This document shows positions 14,257-23,710 of a stretch of DNA of 64,000 bases, piece by piece. Both the position numbers and the translations under genes were made by a program. The notes beneath the pieces are model-generated. The model was not told the origin of the DNA, did no database searches, and was given only the letters and a program-made list of their open reading frames with translations. Every line of letters starts with the position of its first letter. Within the stretch, counting starts at the first letter, position 1. The stretch is from Paramoeba atlantica (taxonomy: Eukaryota > Protista > Discosea): the NCBI GenBank assembly GCA_977017575.1, contig CDRNVI010000152.1, positions 1-64,000 of the forward strand. The letters run 5' to 3'.

Positions 14257-17200
14257 ATGGCTGAGAGAGGAGTCTCTAGAAAGAAACAGTTGGTGTGTAG
14301 TCATTTGGTGCAGTTTTGTGTGAGAAGGAATGAGAAAAGTTCATGTGGAGTTTTCAGTTCAAAACAAGCCAAAAGTATTCATCAACGTTTACGCCATTAT
14401 TGTCCAGATGAATGTAAGAGGTGTCAAAAAGAACAAGGTTTGAATTCTTTTCCTCTTCTTCGATCTTCAGTTTCAGAGAGTAGTTGGGTGGGTGGGTTTA
14501 AAGTTTCTGTTTGTCTTTTTTCTTTTTGGTGGGTTTGAAAGTGTTGCTATTCTGAAAGAATTTGGTGTTTGGAATTAGAAAGAGCTGCTGCTGCTGTTGA
14601 TCAAACTGCTGAGAGTATGATGGGTATGGGAGCAATTCCTCAAGTTTTTCCACAACAAGGACAACAGGAACAGGTCTTTTTTTTTTGCAAAGAGAAGAGT
14701 CTTTTTATTCTTCAAGTCAAGTTAAGTGATGACACTGCAAGAAAAATAATTTTTGTTTTTTAGACTAGAAGAAGAGGTGGTACCACCTCTGCTTTTTCCA
14801 CCACCACCACCACACTCCCCATTGCTGCTTCCAACAGTACCTTTACCACCACCACCACCACCGCCACTTTTACTCCTCCTGTGACTGCTTCTTGCCATCA
14901 CCGTAGTTCCTCAGATGAGAAATTCCTCCGAACCAACTGGGTGAATGAAGCTGTGGGATCACTTGGTTTTGAAAATCCAACCTCTTTCTTGGCTCAGCTT
15001 TTAAGTGATTGCAACACTTCTCAGATTGTTGAAGTCTTAGAGAAACTCTTTCAGTTGGATGATGGAAATGCAAGAAGGGGGAGGAGTGGTTTTTCTCAGA
15101 AACAACAGATTAGAAACTTTTTTGGACTCCCAAATGATGCACAAGAAGTATCAAAAAAATATCGGTGTATGAAAAAACAGGAAAAGGCAGAGTTTTTTGG
15201 AAGATTGTTTCTAAGATTGGGTCTCACTAGGTATCAGATTCGAGGTCTTAATTCTGAACTGGGTTGGGAATTTTCAGATTGTCAGTTCAAGTATTGGTTC
15301 CAAAAACTAAAAGATCAGATTCCCTTGGAAAAAACAGACCATGGTTGGAGAGTGAATGATGTTGAGGGTGAAGTGAATAGAATGTTTGATGATGATTGGG
15401 AGGGCAACAAGTATCCTCTTTGGGATGAATATGATCGGGTGAACAACAATATGAATCACCAAGAAGAAGCAACTATTGGTGGTGTTGCTAATGCAGAGGA
15501 AAATTTAAAGCTGAAGATGATCTTTTCTGCTGATGGGGGTTCTTTTGATCGAAGGAACAAAGGAGTTGTTGTGAAATTGATACGTGGTGATGAAGAGTGG
15601 TGGGCAAAAGGAACTCGAACTTGGAGAGCAGTCCTCAATTTAAGTTTGGGTGTCTTTGTAATGAAAGAGAGCTTTAAAACCTTTCAAGAAGAGATATCTC
15701 CGATTTATCAGATGATTTACCAGGTAAGTATTTTTTTGTAATGCTTTTAATTTAATTTAATATTAATATTAATATTAATTTAATTTAATTTAATTTTTGA
15801 CTTTTTTAATTTTTTTTTTTAAAAAAAATTAATTTAATTTTTCGTTTGATATTCATTTCATTAATTTTCTTCTCTTTTTTACCTACTTTTTCTTTCCCCT
15901 CTCTCCTCTCTCTTTCTTCTCTTGGGACTCTTTTGTGATTTTTATTAGAAAAAGATTCAGTATTCAGATTTCAAGGAATGAACAATTTCATTCACTGAAA
16001 CACATGACATGTTATGCTCTTCACTTCTTTTTGGTCATGGTGGCAAATCAATATTTCATCACACATCAAAAAGGCCTTGTTGGCGTTGTAACATTGTTCG
16101 AGATAAGGATGATAGAGGGCTTTGGGATGATCATACAAAGGTTTGCAGCTTCTTCCAAATTTTATTAAAATAATTTACTCCATAAAAATGAATAAGAAAA
16201 TAAAAGAAGAAAAATTTCAAAAATAATTAAGAAAAAAAAAATAATTTCAACTAAAAAAAATAATTTTGTTTTTACTAACATCCACCCCCCACCCATATTT
16301 TTTTGTCAGCATCACTTTTGGGATAATCAATTTGGTGGTTATAGTATCTTTGAAAGTTTTGCTGAGGCTGATGATGAACTGGCAATTAATCTTGTTGGTA
16401 ACTTGGATCAAAAACATACATGGTGAACTTTAGAACAAAAAAAAAGCGATTTTCAATTGGTTCAGGGCTGGGAGGGATCCAAGAACAGTCTTGCAAAATT
16501 TATGAATCAAATGGGAATGAGAAATCCTCCAATAACTCCATCGCAACCATGGGACCACAACTTGGACTTGATCCACTTTGTTGAAGGGACTTGTAGAAAT
16601 GTTGTTAAACTTTTTGTGATGGATGTTTCTCTGTGTAAGTTAAAAAAAGAATATTTTGAAAATAATACTTTTGAAAAGAATAAAATTCTCATTGAAAAAG
16701 AAAATAGATTCACCTCATGATTTAACGATTTGAATTGCTTTTTATCTCATTGGAGGAGTGAAAATTCCAGATCCATCACAAAAGGTATTCAACCTTTGGG
16801 AGAGAATCAAAAAAGTAAGACCTAGTTACGTTCAATGGATCAAGATTTTAAGGGGTTTTCCCAATAAAACTGGTTGGTTTATTCTTCTCTTCTTTCTTTG
16901 ATATCTTCTTCATTTTTAAAATTTTATAAATAATTATAATAAAAAAAAAATAATATTTTTTGAAATACTTTTTTTTTTTTTTGAATATCTTAATTATTAC
17001 ATTCTCTCTCTTTATTTTTCTACAACTGACAATATATTTTTGTTTTCAAAAAAAATCATTTATTTTAGCCTGAAAAGGAGCTGTTGATTTTCTTTATGAT
17101 GAATATTTTATTAAATTAGCTGAATGGATGGATTCAAATCTCCAAAGTGAAAAAGTCAAAAGCATTTCACATGAACAAGAGGAACCAGAAGTCCTTCCTT

Positions 17201-20200
17201 TTTCGGCGTTTAATGCAGCTTTGTTGAATGCAAAAGGTTGATTTACTATTTCTTGTTTTTTCCAAACAAACAAAAACTCTCTTTTTTTGATCAAATAATT
17301 TTATTCAGAAAAAAAAAATTTCAAAAGTTTTTTCATAATTTTTGTTATTCAGATTTTGATTTATCGATCATCGATGTTTTAATTGGAGATTCAGAACGAG
17401 ACACATTTGAACCAGAATATGAGTTTCTAACGTTGACTTATGACATTCTCCAAATGGCTTCAGCCCCATATCAACTCTCTCATCAGAAGATCAATATTGT
17501 TCGAAAGGCTTCCCTTCTTTGGGGAAGAAAATATAACGAATGTAATTTCTCCCCTCTTTATTGGGCTCCTTATTTACATACCCTCCATGATCACCTTCAT
17601 TGGGAGTTATTGAGGTTTGTTTTTTCTTTATTATTTTTGTGGTGTTGAAATTTTTTAAAAATGATGGTTCATAATATCCATCCTTCTTTTTTGATTTTCA
17701 GTTTTTCTGCAATACAGAATAAAGTCACTCCCCTCTGACATACACAACACAGATACCCTCTTCCACGAAGAGCAGGATTTGCAATTGAAGGAGCCATTCT
17801 TGCAGCTCGTTCTCATTGTTGGGCCCAAAAGCCATTTGGAGGTAGACATAGGCAAGGAGTGAGCAGTCAAGAGAAAGGAACTTTTTCAATCCAAATGAAT
17901 GCCTTGATCAAAGGGATGATGGAGCGAAGTGAGGCATTGAGATCAGAGAAAAAACTTGAAAACAGAGCAAGCAAAATAAGTGCAAATGAACCTTCTCGAC
18001 TTATTCGTGAGGTATTTTTTGTTGACCCTTTTTTCCCCCAAATTTGTTGTTTTCTGAAAATTTCAAATTATTTTTTTTTAAAATAAAATATGAAAACTCA
18101 AAAGCAGATTTCTAATAATTCTTTCCTTCTACCAAAATCAGGGTCACTCCTCAAAACTTGTTCCCTCTGGTTCTTCAAAGCAACCCCCCCTCCTCAAAAG
18201 AACAAAATTACCTAATTCTGTTGCCTGCAAATCAGCTTATCAGTATGCTTCTTTGTGTTGCCAGCCCCTTCAGGATACTTTGGATCCAATAACAAATTAT
18301 CAATCCTCTTCTCATCGTCACAACATCCGCTCTTTCAACCCTTCATCACACTACATGTCTTCCCAAACCACTCCAATTAACCTCTCTTCCCCTTCCCCTT
18401 CCCCTTCCCCTTCCCCTTCCTCTTCCCCTTCCCCTTCCCCTCCCCCTTTCCTTTCTTCTCTTTCTCAATCACCAGGAAAAAATTCTCAATTTTCTTTTTC
18501 CTATTCTTCCTTTCCTCTACCATCCCAAACATCCCAAAGTAATTTCTCTTCTTCCACTCATCTCTCAGGAAGTCCCTGTTCTTCACAGTCTTCTTTTCCT
18601 TCTCTTTCTGGTTCTTGTCCTTCTCCTTCTCTTTCTCCTTCTCCTTCTCACCAACCCTATACATCTTGGCCAACCATGTGTCAATCATCTCAATCATCCC
18701 AACAATCCTGTATGGGAAGATTTTCTCTTTCTCCTCAGCAGCCTTCTCCTTCTCCTTCTCCTCCTCTTTCTTGCCCTTCTGTTTCTCCTTTTTCTTCTTT
18801 TCCTTCTCGCCAATCCTCTCATCAACCACTGCCTTTTCCTTCTCCAACTCCTTCTTCCCAAACCACATCCCCACATCCCCATGTTTCTTTCAGGGAGTTT
18901 CCCTTTTCTTTTTCCCCGTCTTTTGCATTTGCGACTCCCTCTCCCCCCCCATCATCAACCCCCAAAATGGTGGGTAATTTCTCATCTTCATTTACTCATT
19001 TCCCAGTTCATTCTCATCATCCTTCTTTCTCTCCAAGTTCTCGTTTTTCACACTCACCATCTTCTTCATCTCCCTTATTGCCTTTTTCTCCTCAGTCATC
19101 TTCTTCTCTTTCTTTTTCTCTTTGTTCTCCTTTCTCTTCTCCTTCTATTTCTCATTGTTCTTCTTCTTTCTCTTTTTCTCCTTCTCCTTCTCCCCCTCCA
19201 CCCTCTCTTTCTTCTTTCTCTCCTTTTGCTCCTTCCACTCCTTTCTCAGGAAGTTCCAGGAACTCTTCACACTCTTCTTTTCCTTCTCTATCTTCTACTT
19301 CTCGCCCCTTCTCCTCTCCCTGTTCTTCTCCTTATTTCTCTCCTCTTCTCTCTTCTCCCTCTCCTTCATCCTCTCCCTCTTCCTCTCCCCTTCTCTCTCC
19401 CTCCCTCTCCCCCTCTTCCTCTCCCTTTTCCTCTTCCTCTCCTCTTTCCTCTCTCTCAGTGAGAAATGCTCTTAAACTCGTTGAAATAAACGAACACCAA
19501 GCATTTCTTGCTTTGGAGCAAGAATATGCGCACATGATGACAGAAATACTCCCAAAGGTTTTTGTGATTTTTTTTCTTTCTCATTGAGAGGAATGTTTCA
19601 TTTTTTCATTTTTAGATTGATGAAGAAATTGAAGCTGGCCATTGGGACCCAATGGCTCGGGTTCAATGTATTCAAAAGATCAAAAAGCTGTCTTCTGCAA
19701 AATCAAACACCATCTACAATCATCTGATTTCTAATGCTATTCTTGTGCAAAATATGTGGTTCTTAGAGTTCCCAAACTAGGAAAAGATGAAGAAAGCAAA
19801 AAAATGGTTGAAGGAGACCGAAGTACCAATGAAAGACAACCTCAAGAATGTTTTGATTCCTGGTAAATGGGTGGAGGAGGAAGTTTGTTTTTTTTTCTTT
19901 TCTTATTTTTCATTATTTTATCATTGTTTTTATCATCTCATACCCAATATTTAGGTGGTTTCTTGGTACTGTCAGAGTTTGAAATCCCGTTTTGTAGGAG
20001 CTCTCTTGGGATCTTTTCTTTTGGATCCACAAGTAAAAACTGATCAAAAACTCTCAAATCTTAGTCAAGTATTTTTTTTTCAAAAAATTTTTTTCAGAAA
20101 TTAGAAAAAAGATTGGCAGCCAGAACATTTTTTTACCTATCAGTAATTTTCATTTTTCAGGTGATGATTTGGCAAAAAACAGGTTTTTATTGCATTTGTA

Positions 20201-20865
20201 ACCCAGGAAATCACTGGGTTGTGATTGATGGAAAAATCGATGAGGCAAACAGAAAGGTTGAATTAACACTGTATGACAGTCTGAAGCAACAGCAAACAAA
20301 TGACAAACCTCTCCAAGGTTTTTTGTGTTTTTTTTGTTCTTCTTTCCCTTTATTCTTCCAGTTACTGAAACTTTTTTATTTTTTTTTAATATTTTCAACA
20401 AAGATATTCAAGCTCTTTTAGAAAAACATTTTCAGGAAAGGTCTGAAGATAAGTTATCATTTCAAAGAAAAATTGCAAGTAAGGGGCCTGACCAGCAACA
20501 GGTTTTTTTTCTTGACTACCTGAATATAGATGGAGAATCTCTTGATTGTTATGTTTTATTTTTCATCCAAAACTGATTTCTTTCATTTTTTCTTTCAGAA
20601 TGTCACAGAGTGTGGTGTTTTGGCTTTATTTACATTCTATTGTCTTACTCAGTCATATCCTCTGACTTTTACCCTTGCTGATTGTCCTGATATTCGTGAA
20701 CATATTTTCTACAGAGTTTATGAGGAACTTCTTCCAGGTCAAACAGAAAAAAGGAAAAGGATGGATGAAGAGCGATTAAATGAACCAAGAAGTACTGGAG
20801 TTCAAAGATCGAGAAGAAGCCAGCTGGCAACAAAGAGAAGGAAAACAACAAATCCATGGATTTGA
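14257..20865 (+). pseudogene. Multi-exon (about 15 exons, about 1600 aa) gene: N-terminal Cys/His finger, CMC-type DDE transposase, Ser/Pro linker, Ulp1/SENP (C48) protease; 6 premature stops
   Basis: Hand-spliced GT-AG exons (approx. 14257-14490, 14579-14673, 14764-15723, 15949-16140, 16310-16632, 16708-16814, 17069-17228, 17353-17613, 17702-18010, 18142-19557, 19616-19880, 19956-20068, 20161-20317, 20403-20490, 20599-20865). Motifs in order: FSADGG, HDMLC..GHGG..PCWRC, DLIHFVEG, YLHTLHDHL, GFAIEG. TACTAAC branch point near 16273. TGA at 15979, 16424, 16718, 17071, 17736; TAG at 19778. Confidence 0.75.
19830..20740 (+). other. Ulp1/SENP-like cysteine protease domain (spliced, C-terminal part of the transposon gene)
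   Basis: The spliced sequence reads NVLIPGKWVEEEVVSWYCQSL...CNPGNHWVVIDG...LTLYDSL...GPDQQQNVTECGVLAL...DCPDIREHI. This supplies the His (HW), Asp (YDSL), oxyanion Gln and Cys (ECG) of the C48 family in the expected order. Confidence 0.8.
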
Positions 20866-21151
20866 TAATAAAAAATTACATTTCTTAAGAATTGCTCTTC
20901 TTCTTATCCCTTTCAAGTATTTTTTCTTTTCTTCTTTTCTTGGGGGGGGGGGGGGGGGGGGGGGAACCTGTAGACAATAAAATTTTTGGATTGTCTACAA
21001 GTCAGATTTTTTTCTCTTAATAAATTTGGTCCCCCACTCAACCCTCTCAACTTAAACTTCAGTTTTTCAAGACTGTTTTTTTATTTACTAAGTTTTATTT
21101 ATTTTTTACAGCTTTTTTTTTCTCAGACTTTTTTGCTTTTTTTGGGGTTGT

Positions 21152-22015
21152 TCATGACTCCATTGTTTCTCTTACCATTTCACGCTTTGGGATTTTGCAT
21201 GCCCGCAAATAAGAACGATGGATAATGAAAAGACCAACCATTCGATCATCTTCAGAAGGGCTTGATGGATCTTCTTCACCATAATACCCACGAGTTCTGT
21301 GACATAACTGGTCAGTATCCAAAAGGAGAACATCCCCAATTCGAAGACCAAAAGCAATATCCAAACCACCAATCTCCAGTCCACCAACTTGATGTTTCCC
21401 AATATGGATCATAACTAAGACAGAGAGAAAATCATTTTGGTCATAATGCATTTTGGCTGATCCTGCAGGGCACATGAATAAATGGAACATCCCAAACTGT
21501 CCCTCAACATCGATTAATCCGTGTTTTTCCAGACAATTCCAAACATCAGGATGATACTTTTCCACCAATCCGGAAAGCTGCTTCCCAATTGATGTCAGAA
21601 CAGAATCGAGAACTTTTTCGACTTCGACCTCGTAGTGGCCTCCTTTTCCAGCAGGATGAAAGGTATAATGTCCTTGTTGGGTCCATCCACCACAAAACAT
21701 AAAAGCTCTCTCCCCTCTTTTTTTGTCAACTGAAGAGTCCCAATGTGTCTCTTGGCATGACAGCAAAGCTACTTGGAATTGTTTCATTTCTTCCTCAGTG
21801 AAAACCGATTTGAGGTAGTGTCCACGATAGCACTCCGTAACACGAGAATTTTTTTGGCGTTGGACCTCGAGGTACACAGACTCATTAATTATGAGACAGT
21901 GCTTCGAATGTTCCCAGTTTGGTTTTGTGGTTGCTTTCAGAGTTTTGTTCACAACTCTGAGTCCACAGCCTCTCTTTCTTTTTTTCGGCTCAGGATCATC
22001 AGGGTTTGAGGCCAT
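21152..22015 (-). CDS. TET/JBP-family 2-oxoglutarate/Fe(II) dioxygenase-like protein (287 aa, intact, intronless)
   Basis: Open frame from ATG 22015 (MASNPDDPEPKKRKR, NLS-like). It contains MHYDQND (HxD, 21440-21448), GGLEIGGLDIAFGLRIGDVLLLDT, LCHRT (distal His) and DRMVGLFIIH (2OG-binding Arg). This is the TET/JBP double-stranded beta-helix layout, as in compact protist and fungal TETs. Confidence 0.8.
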   Translation of the reverse strand: MASNPDDPEPKKRKRGCGLRVVNKTLKATTKPNWEHSKHCLIINESVYLEVQRQKNSRVTECYRGHYLKSVFTEEEMKQFQVALLSCQETHWDSSVDKKRGERAFMFCGGWTQQGHYTFHPAGKGGHYEVEVEKVLDSVLTSIGKQLSGLVEKYHPDVWNCLEKHGLIDVEGQFGMFHLFMCPAGSAKMHYDQNDFLSVLVMIHIGKHQVGGLEIGGLDIAFGLRIGDVLLLDTDQLCHRTRGYYGEEDPSSPSEDDRMVGLFIIHRSYLRACKIPKREMVRETMES

Positions 22016-22532
22016 TTTACGAGGTTGTTGTTTTGTACAAAAAAGGTTCCCAGTATTAAGCGGGCGCTGGTGAATCTCTTTTACAACTTCCACAACTCAA
22101 AAGAAACTGTTCTGAAAAGAAAAAGGAGGGGGAAAAAGAAAAAAAGAACCATGACGCAGAAAACCGTGTCGTGGAAAAAAAATTTTTCACAAGTTTTTTT
22201 TTGATGCTCTAAAAGGAAGCTTAGCACAGAAGCTTTTTTTTAAAGAGCTTTGAAAGGAACATAATCCATCTCTTCAAGCTAGTGAAAACAAATGCACCCC
22301 ATTCCTGTTTTCTCATTCCCCGAAAACGATGTCACAGAACTGGCAAGAATGGGGGCTAATTAAATCAGGGCTGTGAAAAAAAATAATTGTTTGTCTTTCA
22401 TTTCTTTCATCACCTTGAAAAAACTCCGCATTGCAGAAAGTCATTCTTGACCTTTTCAGACTTTTTGTTTCTGGAAAAGTCAATAGCAGGCAACAGAATA
22501 CTACCCTGCAATGAATTTTAACCCAAAGTGAT

Positions 22533-23150
22533 TTAGCAGCCAGGTTACATATTCACAAAGGACTTTCTCAACAATATAGATTGCTTGAGGGGGGCATTCA
22601 GACTTTTGAGAATATGAAGGAGTGCATCACAATTCACATAATCATATGCCTTGCAAAAGTCTGTTTGGAGGAGAGTCACATCTTTTCCCTCTGCCAAAGC
22701 TTTGTAAAAAGAGTTATATACTGATTCTACTGCTTCATTAATTGATCTCCTGAAAATTCATAATTTCACCTGCTTGTTGAATTAATTTTACTCACATATC
22801 AAAGTACTTCTCTTGTGTTGCCTTATACAAAAAGAAGGGAATACCATCAGGTCCTGTGCTGGTGTTGTTGGTTCTCTGAAGTAGTTTATCAACTTTCTTC
22901 CTATCCACATCATGTTTCTCAACTGGAAGGAAATGAGGTTGGTGGTCAGCAATCAGTTCATCAAGAGAATCTTTGTTATATGGTCTTTCTGTGCTGAGAA
23001 AACCCTCTCAAAAATCCTTAATTGCTTTTTTAACCACATTATCATTATGAGAGATCACCCCATCCATGATTACATGTTGTTTTTAACAAAAAGATGAAGA
23101 CCATCTTTGCTTCAAGTTAACAGCTCTGTCAGGTCTGTTTGAATGAGTGT
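22533..23150 (-). mobile_element. 5' part of the interrupted LINE RT (domains 0-3), decayed
   Basis: The reverse strand reads ...TNNTSTGPDGIPFFLYK... and ...DVTLLQTDFCKAYDYVNCDALLHIL... (DFxKAYD motif). In non-LTR RTs this motif precedes the GVRQG motif found at about 13100. Confidence 0.8.
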
Positions 23151-23246
23151 ATAGTGGTATGGTTCTACAAATTGACTTCTAGTTGAATGTTTGTTCAAAA
23201 AGAAACCATATTTTTTTGGAAATGAACATCATATAATTGGTTGAAG

Positions 23247-23385
23247 GGAGACTAGAGTGATATTTTTTCTTGAAATTGTCAAGGGAAAGTTCCATCCTCT
23301 TGAAATTCCTGAAATGGGCTTGTTCAAGTTTCAACCTCTATCAGGTTTTGGAGTGAAAACTGTTGGTTTAATGCTTTACATGAGA
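23247..23385 (+). pseudogene. Short piggyBac transposase fragment
   Basis: IFFLEIVKGKFHPLEIPEMGLFKFQPLSGFGVKTVGLML closely matches VILFLEIVEGKSHPPEMGLPKFQPPSGSGAKTVGLML in the 26753..27325 ORF. Confidence 0.75.
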
Positions 23386-23710
23386 GTGAGCTTAAGCTGC
23401 ACTTGCAATCATAGTGTTTTTAGAATTGAAGTGACTTCAAATATTTCTTTTGAGCTTTTAAAAAAAAATCTGATGTTATATCCATATGTTCACTCTTGTG
23501 GTCTCTTTTCTGATTTGTTTGTTTTTTGGTTGAATGAAGATGGTAAAGGTTGAAGAAATGGAACAAAAAAGAAAAAGAAAAAGGAAAAAAAGTGTGTGTT
23601 TATTATTCTTTTGATGATTAAATTGTTTGATTTGAAAGAAAAGGTTATGCATAGAAGTTGAAGGTGATGATGTTGTGAAAGGGAAAAAAAGAACCTGTTT
23701 TGTCAATTGA
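23385..23710 (+). repeat. Dispersed repeat of about 330 bp, copy 1 (copy 2 at about 46815-47150)
   Basis: GAGCT(T/C)AAGCTGCACTTGCAAT...GAAGTGACTTCA...GTTCACTCTTGTGGTCTCT...GGTTGAATGA...AAAAAAAGAACCTGTTTT is shared between the two loci. Confidence 0.85.

Larger units (their letters stand above)
13149..22530 (+). mobile_element. About 9.4-kb CMC/CACTA-type DNA transposon carrying a transposase-Ulp1 gene and a TET/JBP-like dioxygenase, inserted into a LINE RT
   Basis: Ends are CACTTTGGG (13149-13157) and CCCAAAGTG (22522-22530), a perfect 9-bp inverted pair with weak extension. AT flanks both sides (13147-48, 22531-32; 2-bp TSD). LINE RT homology stops at about 13145 and resumes at about 22535 with the preceding RT motif. 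Confidence 0.8.

Noticed and set aside
18377-19535. Antisense KEKE-rich ORFs and the poly-Leu ORF 18881..19462
   Set aside because: They are shadow frames of the CT-rich Ser/Pro exon.
13220-22173. Alternative element ends CACGAC...GTCGTG with GAAA on both flanks
   Set aside because: Only 6 bp match, and the LINE homology breaks at about 13148 and 22531, which fits the CACTTTGGG pair. These may be internal motifs.
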